Source: Parcubacteria group bacterium
GTDB lineage: Bacteria; Patescibacteriota; Minisyncoccia; UBA6257; JACRHW01
Assembly (NCBI GenBank): GCA_016217555.1
Contig: JACRHW010000006.1
Location: 18,153-82,152, forward strand
DNA length: 64,000 nt
Direction of reading: 5' to 3'
The number at the start of each line of letters is the position of its first letter. The stretch's first letter is position 1. Below are positions 37,123-47,248 of the stretch, piece after piece. The position numbers were made by a program, and so were the translations under genes. Below the pieces are notes generated by a model that worked only from the letters and a program-made list of their open reading frames with translations, made no database searches and was not told the DNA's origin.

Positions 37123-38172
37123 ATGTCTTTATTTCATAACGATCTTGGTATTGATCTTGGTACGGCGAACTCCCTTGTCTATATAAAAGGGAAGGGTATT
37201 GTTTTGAACGAGCCTTCTGTTGTTGCGATTAATCAAAAAACGGGACATCTTCTTGCGGTGGGAAGAGAGGCAAAGCAGATGGTAGGGCGTACACCAGGCC
37301 ATATTGTTGCTATAAGGCCTCTTATCAATGGGGTTATTTCTGATTTTGAAATTACGCAAGAGATGTTACGCCATTTTTTGAAGAAATCGCAGGGAAAGAT
37401 GTGGGGGCTTTTTAATAAACGAAATCGTGTGGTGATCGGGGTACCTTGTGATCTCACTGAGGTGGAGCGTAAGGCTGTTGAGGACGCGAGCCGAAACGCA
37501 GGGGCAAAAGAGGTATATCTTGTCGAGGAACCTCTTGCAGCGGCTATTGGAATGCGACTGCCCATTCATGAACCTGTCGGTAATGTGGTGATTGATATAG
37601 GAGGGGGTACCTCTGATATTGCTGTAATTTCGCTTGGTGGGATTGTCCATTCAGTAAGTCTTAAGGTCGCTGGAGATCGTTTCAATGAAGATATTACGCG
37701 TTACGTTAAAGAGAAGTGCAAGCTTTTGATTGGAGAACCAACAGCCGAAGAAATAAAAATGACTATTGGTTCGGCATATGATATCCCAGAGGTGGAAGAG
37801 CAGGAAATGTCTATACAAGGAAAAGATATGACGACGGGGCTTCCACGAGTAAGTACGGTAGAAACACGTGAAGTGCGCATGGCGCTTCAGAAATCTCTTG
37901 AGCTTCTTGTGGCGGCTGCAAAGAGTACTATTGAAAAGAGTCCTCCAGAGCTTGTTGGGGATCTTATGGAGCGTGGTATTTATTTAAGTGGGGGAGGGAG
38001 TTTATTGCGGGGCATTGATGTGCTTATAGAGCGAGAGATTGGGGTGCCTGTACATATTACAGATGATCCGCTTACTACTGTAGTGCGTGGTACGGGTATT
38101 ATTATTGAAAATCTCGACACCCTTCGCCCTATTCTTTTGAACGAAAAAATTCCTAAATCAGCCATAGGATAG
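37123..38172 (+). CDS. mreB: MreB (paralog 2)
   Basis: LGIDLGTANSLVYI..NEPSVVAI; followed by mreC, mreD, mrdA. Confidence 0.85.
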   Translation: MSLFHNDLGIDLGTANSLVYIKGKGIVLNEPSVVAINQKTGHLLAVGREAKQMVGRTPGHIVAIRPLINGVISDFEITQEMLRHFLKKSQGKMWGLFNKRNRVVIGVPCDLTEVERKAVEDASRNAGAKEVYLVEEPLAAAIGMRLPIHEPVGNVVIDIGGGTSDIAVISLGGIVHSVSLKVAGDRFNEDITRYVKEKCKLLIGEPTAEEIKMTIGSAYDIPEVEEQEMSIQGKDMTTGLPRVSTVETREVRMALQKSLELLVAAAKSTIEKSPPELVGDLMERGIYLSGGGSLLRGIDVLIEREIGVPVHITDDPLTTVVRGTGIIIENLDTLRPILLNEKIPKSAIG

Positions 38173-38189
38173 ATAGTATCGTAGTATCT

Positions 38190-38939
38190 ATGAAGTCTTT
38201 TTTTATTACTATAGTAAGTGCGTTGTTTGTGGTTGCACTTGTTGTTTATTTCCTCCCTCTTTCGACGGGTGTTTTCAGGTTAGCATCTCGTTTACCCCTC
38301 AGAGCTTATTTTTATCTTACGTTGCATCCAAGAGAAGTTCTTTCCCTATATGAAAAGAAAAATGAGATAAATAATGAAACAGAGGAGAAAGAACACCTCA
38401 TTACGTCCCTTACTGAAGAGAATACTATTCTTACCTCGGCACTTGAATATAAGAAGAATGCGAAAAAAAAGATAATTATGGCAGAGGTGACCGGGTATAC
38501 TGCAGACCCATTTTTAAAAATGATAACTATTGATCGCGGGAAGGATGCAGAGTTAAAAGAGGGTATGCCTGTTGTAGATGAGCATGGATTATTGTTGGGG
38601 AGAGTAGACCAGGTATTTAAAGACAGGAGCTTTGTGAAACAGATAGAGAGTCCCGATGTCGAATTTTTAGTGCATTTTGAAGGGATGGGTGCCAAGAATG
38701 ATTTTATTGCGCGAGGTATGATTAACTATGTCATGGGCACAAAGATACAAAAGGGTGATTATGGGGATAGCGTCCCTGTTGTAACCTCTGGTCTTGATGG
38801 GAAGTTTCCACCAGGATTATTGGTGGGTGAAGCAGGAACATTTACTCTGAGTAAGGATCAGACATTTATTGTATCAGTTATTAAAACAGACAATGAGCCC
38901 AAAAAGCAGGTTTTTATCATTACAGAAGTCGCATATTAA
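38190..38939 (+). CDS. mreC: rod-shape protein MreC
   Basis: N-terminal TM, coiled coil, C-terminal TSGLDGKFPPGLLVG. Confidence 0.7.
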   Translation: MKSFFITIVSALFVVALVVYFLPLSTGVFRLASRLPLRAYFYLTLHPREVLSLYEKKNEINNETEEKEHLITSLTEENTILTSALEYKKNAKKKIIMAEVTGYTADPFLKMITIDRGKDAELKEGMPVVDEHGLLLGRVDQVFKDRSFVKQIESPDVEFLVHFEGMGAKNDFIARGMINYVMGTKIQKGDYGDSVPVVTSGLDGKFPPGLLVGEAGTFTLSKDQTFIVSVIKTDNEPKKQVFIITEVAY

Positions 38940-39375
38940 TACAGTTTCTGTGCTTGTGGTATTTCTTTGCGCAGTGTTTTTAAATTTATTTTTTTTACAT
39001 CTTAACATAGGTATCCGAATAGATTTATTTTTTTTATTTTTTATACAATATTGGTTGGTGGGAATGTGGAGTATTGTGTTTTCCATTGCCCTATTTTTTA
39101 CAGAACTGCCTTTTATACACCATATCGGTGTGTTGGGAATGAGCTATGCACTGTTTGTCATTATTGCGAGCATGTCGGTGTATAATATGCGCCATACTAT
39201 TTTTGTACTCATCCTTATGTTTTTCTTGGGAGAGACATTGTTTTTTTTATCATATAGCATTGGGGTGGGACTTTCCTTGAATTATGCCTTTTTTGTCGTC
39301 AAAACTATTAGTGTTCACGCTCTTGTTTTTATTCCTTTGGCTTTTTTGAATTCACATTTTTTGTATGAGGAATAA
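38896..39375 (+). CDS. mreD: probable MreD (polytopic membrane protein; start uncertain)
   Basis: Position between mreC and PBP2; hydrophobic. Confidence 0.4.
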   Translation, partial: SPKSRFLSLQKSHINTVSVLVVFLCAVFLNLFFLHLNIGIRIDLFFLFFIQYWLVGMWSIVFSIALFFTELPFIHHIGVLGMSYALFVIIASMSVYNMRHTIFVLILMFFLGETLFFLSYSIGVGLSLNYAFFVVKTISVHALVFIPLAFLNSHFLYEE

Positions 39376-41251
39376 CTCGGATAACTATAGAGAGGACTTT
39401 GACGTGGAGAATATTTTTCTTGTAAGTGACAAGGACTTTATCGACGATCGCGTTGAGATTCCTTTTACGCAACATACGACTAGTTCAGCCCTCGTCATTG
39501 CGCTGCTTACCCTCGGTTTGTTTATTGCACAGACTACATATCTCAATGTTGTGAAGGGGGGCACATTTGAAGAAATATCGCTTGGAAATTCAGAAAATGT
39601 TGAGTATGTTGACGCTCCGAGGGGTATTATTAAAGATCGGTTCGGGGAAGAAATCGTAGGTAATAAGACAGGATTTGATCTTGTTATTTATGGAAGTAAG
39701 CTTCCTAAGACCAATGATGAATTTAATGGAGTTGTGAATAAAATTTCTGAACTTACAGGAATGACTAAGGATGTGGTGCGTATATTCATGAAAAATGCGC
39801 AAGAAAAACAAATTAGAGAAGCAGTGCTGATTCACAATATGGATACACAAAAGGCACTTGTATTTCAATCAATTACTTTGCCCGGTGTACGTGCGCGCGA
39901 ACGATATATGAGGGATTATCTGTATCCAGAGGCTCTTGCTTCTGTGACGGGATATGTGGGGCTTGTAAATGAGGCCGATCTTAAAAAAGGAAAAGATATA
40001 CAAAACGATGACTATGTGGGAAGAGCTGGGATAGAGCAGTATTATGAAATGATGTTGCGTGGCGAACGAGGAAAACGAATCATAAAACGTGATGGGCAAG
40101 CGGGTGAGGGGGTTACTATCCTTCCTCCAAAACAAGGGAATGATGTCACGCTTACGATCGATGGGGGGTTACAGAGATACATGTATGAACGACTGCAAGA
40201 GGCACGGCGTACTCTACACACCGATGGTGCTGTTGGTGTGGTACTTGATGTGCGCAACGGAGAAATCCGTAGTCTTGTAAGTCTTCCTGGATACGATCCT
40301 TCGTGGTTTCTCGATTCTGCACACGAGGCTCAGATTAATGAAGCATTCCAGAGTAGACTTCACCCGCTTTTTAATCGCGCGATTTCTGGAACGTATTCCC
40401 CTGGTTCTACTATAAAACCAATGATGGCATTTGCTGCGTTGCGGGAGGGGGTTATCACGCCAACTACTATTGTTGCGGGTCATGAAGGGGTGCTCGTAGT
40501 ACAGAATCCTTATCATGCTGATCAGCCTTCTCTTTTCCGTGATTGGAAGATTCATGGCGACCTAGATGTACGTAATGCGATTGCAGAATCGGGAAACATT
40601 TTTTTCTATACTGTTGGAGGAGGAGCCTATGGTATTAAGGGGCTTGGTGCTACAAAAATAAAACATTATTGGGAATTGTTTCGTTTGGGTGAGAAGACTG
40701 GAGTTGATTTGCCTCAAGAGGTATCGGGTTTTCTCCCTTCTCCAGAATGGAAGGAAAAAACGTCTAAAACAGCATGGAGAGTGGGAGATACCTATAATAT
40801 AAGTATAGGTCAAGGCGATCTTCTCTTGACGCCGATACAAATCATGCGTTATATTTCTGCTATCGCGAACAAGGGGTTTGCGGTACAACCCCATATCGTA
40901 AAGAATTCGACACGAGAAACCCTAATTCCTTTGGAGACGCTACAGGATTCAGAGACACAATGGTTTGATGTGGTACATGGTGGGATGAAAGCTGCTGTTT
41001 CATCTCCACATGGCACCGCTCACCTCCTTTCTGAAATTCCTGTTTCTATTGCGGCAAAGACGGGGAGTGCTCAAATTAATTGGAATACAAAAACTAATGC
41101 ATTGTTTGTAGGATTTGCTCCCGCAGATAAATCAGAGATCGCAATTCTTATCCTTATTGAAAATGCCCAGTCTGCTTTATTAAATGCAGTACCAGTAGCT
41201 AAGGATGTATTAGCTTGGTATAATACTAATCGTGGTTTCCAAAAAGAATAG
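39365..41251 (+). CDS. mrdA: penicillin-binding protein 2 (transpeptidase)
   Basis: SxxK motif GSTIKP; PBP dimerisation and transpeptidase regions. Confidence 0.8.
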   Translation: MRNNSDNYREDFDVENIFLVSDKDFIDDRVEIPFTQHTTSSALVIALLTLGLFIAQTTYLNVVKGGTFEEISLGNSENVEYVDAPRGIIKDRFGEEIVGNKTGFDLVIYGSKLPKTNDEFNGVVNKISELTGMTKDVVRIFMKNAQEKQIREAVLIHNMDTQKALVFQSITLPGVRARERYMRDYLYPEALASVTGYVGLVNEADLKKGKDIQNDDYVGRAGIEQYYEMMLRGERGKRIIKRDGQAGEGVTILPPKQGNDVTLTIDGGLQRYMYERLQEARRTLHTDGAVGVVLDVRNGEIRSLVSLPGYDPSWFLDSAHEAQINEAFQSRLHPLFNRAISGTYSPGSTIKPMMAFAALREGVITPTTIVAGHEGVLVVQNPYHADQPSLFRDWKIHGDLDVRNAIAESGNIFFYTVGGGAYGIKGLGATKIKHYWELFRLGEKTGVDLPQEVSGFLPSPEWKEKTSKTAWRVGDTYNISIGQGDLLLTPIQIMRYISAIANKGFAVQPHIVKNSTRETLIPLETLQDSETQWFDVVHGGMKAAVSSPHGTAHLLSEIPVSIAAKTGSAQINWNTKTNALFVGFAPADKSEIAILILIENAQSALLNAVPVAKDVLAWYNTNRGFQKE

Positions 41252-41373
41252 AATCCATGCATTTAGCGAACTGCTTCGTTGTAGGCTCCGATACTTCTTC
41301 GCTGTATCATCTGTAATACAGCTCAGTCTGTTTCTCGCCTACGCCTCACATTTCATCTAAATGCATGGATTCT
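41251..41373 (+). repeat. structured repeat family 2, copy B
   Basis: Closing helix GAATCCATGCATTTAG / CTAAATGCATGGATTC around the conserved core. Confidence 0.65.
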
Positions 41374-41421
41374 AAAGCGACAAGATTGTTAAAAGTTTAA
41401 TATCTAGGGTAATATACATGT

Positions 41422-41877
41422 ATGAAAAACTATTACATTACAAAAGAACGTCTTGCTGAAATAAAGTCAGAGCTCGATCACTTAAAAAAGGTGAAACGTG
41501 TTGAAATTGCTGAGCGCCTTGAACGTGCAAAAGAAATGGGAGATCTTTCTGAAAATGCGGAATACTCCGAGGCACGCGAAGCACATACAAAGCTTGAAAC
41601 TCAAATTGCCGAGTTCGATGATCTTATTAAAAATGCGACTCTTATTAAGAGGCATCAAGCACAAAAGGTGGAGCTTGGTTCTATGGTGACAGCAAGTTAC
41701 AAAAATGTAACCAAGAAACTGACTGTGGTTGGTTCTGATGAGGCCGATCCTTTAAGGGGACTTATCTCAAATGAGTCGCCTATGGGCAAGGCATTTATGG
41801 GTAAGACAACAGGTGATGTTGTGGAAATTACAACGCCGGGAGGCAAAGTAAAATATACTATTGATACTATAGAGTAG
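41422..41877 (+). CDS. greA: transcription elongation factor GreA
   Basis: Coiled-coil N-domain with DLSENAEY; FKBP-like C-domain. Confidence 0.85.
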   Translation: MKNYYITKERLAEIKSELDHLKKVKRVEIAERLERAKEMGDLSENAEYSEAREAHTKLETQIAEFDDLIKNATLIKRHQAQKVELGSMVTASYKNVTKKLTVVGSDEADPLRGLISNESPMGKAFMGKTTGDVVEITTPGGKVKYTIDTIE

Positions 41878-41979
41878 TAATTAGCTTTTAGGGGTTAGCT
41901 TGTTAGGATGAAATGTGTTAAGTCTGTTTTCTTGTTTCAAGTTCTAAAACCTAACAAACTAATACACTAATTCCTAACC

Positions 41980-43428
41980 ATGTTAGACGATATTATTCAT
42001 GAACGAAAAGAAAAACGAAATCATCTGACTAAGGAGGGTTTTTATCCCTATCCGCCGGATGTGGTAAGGTCTCATTCGTTGAGTGCGGTGATTCAAAACT
42101 TTTCCCAATTATCTGAAGGCAAGACGGAAGTATTTTTGGTGGGAAGAGTGCTGGGGATGCGTGATCAGGGAAATCTTATATTTCTTGATATTGTGGATGA
42201 AGAGGCAAAATTTCAAGCGGTAGTAAAAAGTGATAATTGTACTGATTTCGAATTATATAAAAAAAATCTCGATATGGGAGATTTTGTGGAGGTGTCAGGT
42301 ACTCTTTTTACAACAAAACGTGGAGAGAAGAGTATTGAGGTGCTTGCGATGCGTATTATTGCAAAATCATTACGGCCACTTCCTTCTGCTTTTTATGGTA
42401 TCGAAGACACCGAGACACGTTTGAGACAGCGCTATCTTGACCTCATGTTGAATCAGGATGTTCGTGCACTCTTTGTCAAGAAAAGCATTTTTTGGAATAC
42501 ATTTCGTGACATATTACGCACCTCGGGTTTTCTTGAGGTTGAGACACCTGTCTTAGAGCCAACCCCTGGTGGGGCTGATGCGGAGCCATTTGTAACGCAC
42601 CACAATGCGCTTGATACTGATTTTTATCTTCGCATTTCTCCGGAGCTTTCACTAAAACGGTTGTTGGTGGGGGGATTTGAAAAGGTGTTTGAGATTGGAC
42701 GTATTTTTAGAAATGAGGGGATTGATGCCGAGCATCTTCAGGACTACACCCAGATGGAATTTTATTGGGCTTATTCAAATTACGAGGAGCTTATGGAGTA
42801 CTTAGAAAAAATGTATAAGAAGGTTATTGAGGCAACGACAGGGAGTCTCACAACACAATGGCATGAGCATGAAATACAATGGGGTGGCGCATGGCCCAAA
42901 GTAGAATATTTTGAAATTTTTAAAGAAAAAGTTGGGCTTGATTTGGAGATAGCAACAGAAGACGATTTAAGAAAAAAAACACAACACGAAGGAATTAAAT
43001 TAGAAAACAATGTTGGAAGGGGGCGTCTTATTGACCTTTTGTTTAAGAAAATTATTCGCCCGCACCTTATTCAGCCCCTATTTCTTATTGATCCACCCGT
43101 TGATATTGAACCGCTTGCAAAACGTAAACCCGGCCATCCTCATCAGGTAGAACGTTTGCAGATAGTTGCCTGTGGGACAGAGCTGGGAAAAGGTTTTTCA
43201 GAGTCTAATGATCCCGTAGATCAACGTTTGCGTTTTGAGGAGCAGATGAAACTTCGTGAAATGGGGGACAAGGAGGCACAGCATCTCGATGAAGATTTTG
43301 TCGAGGCGCTTGAGTATGGCATGCCCCCCGCTGCAGGGTTTGGTGTCTCTGAGCGCTTATTCGCGATTCTCATGGACAAACCAGTTCGTGAAACCGTCTT
43401 CTTTCCCCTCATGCGTAGAAAAGAATAA
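41980..43428 (+). CDS. lysS: lysyl-tRNA synthetase (class II)
   Basis: OB-fold N-domain; motifs FLEVETP, GRIFRNEG, class II motif 3. Confidence 0.9.
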   Translation: MLDDIIHERKEKRNHLTKEGFYPYPPDVVRSHSLSAVIQNFSQLSEGKTEVFLVGRVLGMRDQGNLIFLDIVDEEAKFQAVVKSDNCTDFELYKKNLDMGDFVEVSGTLFTTKRGEKSIEVLAMRIIAKSLRPLPSAFYGIEDTETRLRQRYLDLMLNQDVRALFVKKSIFWNTFRDILRTSGFLEVETPVLEPTPGGADAEPFVTHHNALDTDFYLRISPELSLKRLLVGGFEKVFEIGRIFRNEGIDAEHLQDYTQMEFYWAYSNYEELMEYLEKMYKKVIEATTGSLTTQWHEHEIQWGGAWPKVEYFEIFKEKVGLDLEIATEDDLRKKTQHEGIKLENNVGRGRLIDLLFKKIIRPHLIQPLFLIDPPVDIEPLAKRKPGHPHQVERLQIVACGTELGKGFSESNDPVDQRLRFEEQMKLREMGDKEAQHLDEDFVEALEYGMPPAAGFGVSERLFAILMDKPVRETVFFPLMRRKE

Positions 43429-43454
43429 ATTTGTCATTCTTGCATTCATCTTTG

Positions 43455-43500
43455 TCGTTCCCGCGACCTGTGGTGAGCTTAGTCGAATCAAGGCGGGAAT
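43455..43500. repeat. hairpin repeat TTCCCGCGACCTGTGGTGAGCTTAGTCGAATCAAGGCGGGAAT (direct copy at 44443-44492; related hairpin 47188-47258)
   Basis: Seen directly; copies flank the minus-strand methyltransferase gene. Confidence 0.6.
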
Positions 43501-43559
43501 CTAGGGTGGGGGGTATCCCTACGGTACCAAGAGGCTAATCTCGCTAACGAGCTAATTAG

Positions 43560-44429
43560 TTATTTCATTGTCCATCGTGCACAAACACCTGCCGGGAGGA
43601 GGTTTGTACTATCTTTGATTGGGAGGCAGAGTTCATTTCCTTCTGCAATGCCGCGACTATCAAGTATTGAATTTAAAATATTTTTTAATACTGTTGCGCT
43701 AAAACCACTCCCTGCATAGGAGCTGATGAGGAAGAACAATGGTTCATTGGAGAGAAGGTGGATTAGTTCGTTTACGAGTGGATAGAGCATTTTTTCTATC
43801 TTCCATACCTCGCCTTGTGCACCTCGGCCAAATGGTGGTGGGTCCATGATAACGGCGTCGTATTTGATGCCACGCTTTATTTCTCTTTTTACGAATTTTA
43901 AAACATCATCAACGATATAGCGCATGGGCTTATCTTCTAAGCCATTCAGGGCAACGTTTTGTTTTGCCCACGTTGTCATTCCTTTTGAGGCGTCTACGTG
44001 GCATACTTCGGCACCCGCAGAGAGACACGCAACGGTAGCAGCGCCCGTATAAGCAAAAAGGTTTAACACCCTTATTGGTCTTTTCGCATTTTGTATGAGT
44101 TTCATCATCCAATCCCAGTTTACGGCTTGTTCGGGGAAGAGACCCATATGTTTGAAGTCTGTCGGCTTAACTATAAATTTTAGATTTTTATAATGTAGGG
44201 TGCTTTCTGTTGGTGCGCAATTTTTCCATTCCCAGTATCCGCCACCTTCTTTTCGAATATAAGTACCATCTGCGCTGTCCCAGAGTTCTGGTTTCTCTTT
44301 GGGCCAGAGAACCTGTGGATCTGGACGTGCAAGAACAAGGCCGTTTTCTATAGCGCCCCATTGTTCAAGCTTCTCACCATCTCCAGAGTCGAGAAGGGTG
44401 TATTGTTCCCAATCATTAGCAATAAGCAT
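43560..44429 (-). CDS. class I SAM-dependent RNA methyltransferase, RlmI-like catalytic domain
   Basis: VLNLFAYTGAATVACLSAGA SAM-binding motif; DPPPF. Confidence 0.6.
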   Translation of the reverse strand: MLIANDWEQYTLLDSGDGEKLEQWGAIENGLVLARPDPQVLWPKEKPELWDSADGTYIRKEGGGYWEWKNCAPTESTLHYKNLKFIVKPTDFKHMGLFPEQAVNWDWMMKLIQNAKRPIRVLNLFAYTGAATVACLSAGAEVCHVDASKGMTTWAKQNVALNGLEDKPMRYIVDDVLKFVKREIKRGIKYDAVIMDPPPFGRGAQGEVWKIEKMLYPLVNELIHLLSNEPLFFLISSYAGSGFSATVLKNILNSILDSRGIAEGNELCLPIKDSTNLLPAGVCARWTMK

Positions 44430-44442
44430 AGTTTTTTGTTAT

Positions 44443-44492
44443 TCCCGCGACCAGTGGTGAGCTTAGTCGAACCAAGGCGGGAATCCAGCGCA
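44443..44492. repeat. hairpin repeat, second copy (see 43455-43500)
   Basis: TTCCCGCGACCAGTGGTGAGCTTAGTCGAACCAAGGCGGGAAT. Confidence 0.6.
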
Positions 44493-44509
44493 TCTTAGTA
44501 TATCGCTCC

Positions 44510-44612
44510 CACCCAGACCAACACTCGTCTACAAGGAGGTGACCTTAACATCCTCCCCATCAGAGCGATAACACTTGACTCCTCCTTGAGGACTCGTTTA
44601 TGGTCTGGGTGG
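44510..44612. repeat. approx. 100-bp element closed by 17-bp inverted repeat TCGCTCCCACCCAGACCA / TGGTCTGGGTGGGAGC, followed by a half copy of the CCTGAGCGAAGTCGAAGGG hairpin
   Basis: Seen directly; analogous IR-flanked module plus half hairpin at 53140-53310. Confidence 0.5.
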
Positions 44613-44812
44613 GAGCCCTATTTGATATATTATTTCCTGAGCGAAGTCGAAGGGCTTTCTGGTGGTATGATGTATCATACCAGCCAGGAATTTAGGTTTT
44701 TAACTGATATTTATTTCTACCATAAAGTTCAAATTATGTACATAATTGACGCATTTTGTTGATTATGCTACAAATTTATTGTATCTAGTACCTTGAAAAG
44801 GAGAACAAGAAA

Positions 44813-45265
44813 ATGAATGATGTAAAAGAATTGGTGATTCAGCTTCCTACGATGTCCACCGGGAATGTACCACAAACGAGATCGTTTAGGTGGTGTGCGG
44901 AGCTACATAAGGCGTTAAGACCCCTGTCCAAATATAAGGTACAAGACGGTAGTCGAGCAGTAAGTGTTGAAGTTGCTGCTGGTTATAGTGTAATCGCACA
45001 TCTCAACAGGTCATTTGAAGAGACAACTGATTGGAATTTTGAGGATCAAATAAAAGATTTTATTTGCCGGGCTTTGCTGTGTAATTCTTCAGCGACTTAT
45101 TGTGGTGTTGTTTATTTTGGCTTAGCAGACTTTCTTGGTGATGCCGCTGGTGCGCGAGAGAAGTTTGCGCGCGTGATTGCACACCTTGAGGAGCATGCTG
45201 TGCCACAAGTTGCGCCGGAATACGTTACAAATGCTCTCGCAGCATTACAAGGAAAGGAGGTGTAG
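44813..45265 (+). CDS. hypothetical protein
   Basis: ORF track; AGGAG SD. Confidence 0.4.
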   Translation: MNDVKELVIQLPTMSTGNVPQTRSFRWCAELHKALRPLSKYKVQDGSRAVSVEVAAGYSVIAHLNRSFEETTDWNFEDQIKDFICRALLCNSSATYCGVVYFGLADFLGDAAGAREKFARVIAHLEEHAVPQVAPEYVTNALAALQGKEV

Positions 45266-45441
45266 GGAAATGGCTATAGTAACAGGGGTAATTCTTTTTC
45301 TTGGCGGGATTTATATTGACGAGAAAGGTAATCATATTATTGGTACAGTACTCTCTAGTATTGGTGGTTTTATTATCGGATGGAATTGGCTTTGATAGGC
45401 AACCATGATGTTTCTAAATTGAGAAAAGGAGGTGAAGGGTG

Positions 45442-45618
45442 ATGTTTTTTAGTAGGCTATGTCTTCTTTTTGTTAATGGTATTTTTCTCTTCTTGGGTGG
45501 GTGGGCATTTGTGGAAGCTATAAAGCTATTTCCTAGTGTAGAGTCCGCTAGTTATTTTGCTGTCAGTGCAGGTCTAATTATGTTTTGTGGACTGTTTCAT
45601 CTTATTCTCGATCGATAA
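45442..45618 (+). CDS. small hydrophobic protein (58 aa, 2 TM)
   Basis: AAAGGAGGTG SD 7 nt upstream; followed by terminator at 45632-45655. Confidence 0.35.
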   Translation: MFFSRLCLLFVNGIFLFLGGWAFVEAIKLFPSVESASYFAVSAGLIMFCGLFHLILDR

Positions 45619-45655
45619 GTTAATAATCAAGGGCCTCACATGAGGCTTTTTTTTA

Positions 45656-45735
45656 CCCTTTGAAAACTACAGGCAGAAGGCCGTAGATGGATGGGCGCCA
45701 TTATGCCATGGCATAATGGCCAAGCGTCAGCTGAA
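45656..45735 (+). repeat. conserved motif with perfect 24-bp palindrome GCCATTATGCCATGGCATAATGGC (45697-45720), copy 2
   Basis: Matches 531-585; same position relative to a terminator. Confidence 0.6.
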
Positions 45736-45872
45736 GGATCTCTGGTAAGTGCAAAAGCGAGAGATCCTTCGTTTCACTCGGGATGACGGGTTATTTTTTT
45801 GACGATTTACTAGGTCTGGTAGTATGATAGTAGGGATCGAAAAAGGTTTAGAAATTAGGAATTTTTTATTTT

Positions 45873-47213
45873 ATGTTAGATATAAAATTTATTAGAGAAC
45901 ACGTGGAGGAGTTAAAAAATGCTATTAAAAATAAGAGCATTGATTTAGATATTGAAGAACTTTTAAAGAGCGACAGGGAGCACTCAAAATTGCTTCAGGA
46001 GATGGAGGGATTAAAGGCAGAAAAGAATGAGTTGAATGAAAGTATGAAAAAGGCGAAGACTGACGACGAGCGCAAGGAGATTATTGAAAAAGGAAAGAAA
46101 ATAAAGGAGAGCCTAGATGAGCTTGAACCACGTTATAAGGAGGTAAGCCTTGCACTTAAGAGTTTGATGGTGAGAGTTCCTACAATTCCGTCGAAAGATA
46201 CTCCTATTGGAAAAAATGGCGATGATAATGTTGAGATCTCAAGGTGGGGGGAGCAGAAGAAATTTGATTTTACTCCGAAAGACTATATACAACTTGGAAA
46301 AGATCTCGATCTTGTTGATATGGACAAAGGTGCAAAAGTTGCGGGATTTCGAGGGTATTATTTAAAAAATGAAGGGGTAACTTTGGTGATGGCGATGATG
46401 ATGTACGCTATCAATAAAATGATAGAAAAAGGATATAAGCCGTTTATTCCCCCAACACTTGTAAATGGTTTTCCTCTTTTTGGAAGTGGGTATTTTAAGG
46501 GGTTGGAATACAATCCAGAGATAGATGAAATTTATCAAATAGCATCTTCTGATAAGGAGGTGACGGGAGAGATAAGTAAGGATAAGAAGTTTTTGGTGGG
46601 TACAGCAGAACCTTCGCTTTTGGCATATTATTCTGATGAGGTGTTGAAGGAGGAGGATCTTCCTATAAGGTCTTTTGGGTTTAGTCAGTGTTATCGAAGT
46701 GAGATTGGAAGTTATGGAAAGGATACGAAGGGCATGTACCGCGTGCACGAATTTATGAAGGTTGAGCAGGTGGTTATTTCAAAAGCTGATGTAGAAGAAT
46801 CTACAAAGCTTCAAGAAGAGATGGTGGCGATTGCAAAAGAGATTCACGAGGAGCTTGGTTTGCCTTATAGGGTAATTCAACTTTGTACAGGTGATATGTC
46901 CGCGGGTAAGTATCGTGCATTTGATATTGAGGCGTGGTTGCCGGTGTCTAACCGATGGGCAGAGACGGGTTCGGCAAGTAATTTTGTTGACTGGCAGGCA
47001 AGAAGACTTAATGTGAAATACATCGGTAAAAACGGAGAAAAGAAGTTCGCTTATCTTTTGAATGACACAGCTCTTCCAAGCGTTCGCCCGTTCTTGGCCA
47101 TTCTCGAGAATTATCAGCAAAAAGATGGGTCGGTATTGGTGCCCGAAGTATTGCAAAAATATATGGGAGGTAAAAAAATTGTTACTGTCATTCCCGCGAA
47201 GGCGGGAATCTAG
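45873..47213 (+). CDS. serS: seryl-tRNA synthetase
   Basis: N-terminal coiled coil; class II core motifs. Confidence 0.9.
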   Translation: MLDIKFIREHVEELKNAIKNKSIDLDIEELLKSDREHSKLLQEMEGLKAEKNELNESMKKAKTDDERKEIIEKGKKIKESLDELEPRYKEVSLALKSLMVRVPTIPSKDTPIGKNGDDNVEISRWGEQKKFDFTPKDYIQLGKDLDLVDMDKGAKVAGFRGYYLKNEGVTLVMAMMMYAINKMIEKGYKPFIPPTLVNGFPLFGSGYFKGLEYNPEIDEIYQIASSDKEVTGEISKDKKFLVGTAEPSLLAYYSDEVLKEEDLPIRSFGFSQCYRSEIGSYGKDTKGMYRVHEFMKVEQVVISKADVEESTKLQEEMVAIAKEIHEELGLPYRVIQLCTGDMSAGKYRAFDIEAWLPVSNRWAETGSASNFVDWQARRLNVKYIGKNGEKKFAYLLNDTALPSVRPFLAILENYQQKDGSVLVPEVLQKYMGGKKIVTVIPAKAGI

Positions 47214-47248
47214 TAGTAATATTTTCTGGATTCCCGCTTACGCCAGGA

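Noticed and set aside
44443-44492. tRNA-like sequence GGTGAGCTTAGTCGAACCAAGGCGGGAATCC
   Set aside because: No cloverleaf can be built (no T-loop TTCRANY in a 5-bp stem, no acceptor pairing); it is a copy of a hairpin repeat also present at 43455-43500.
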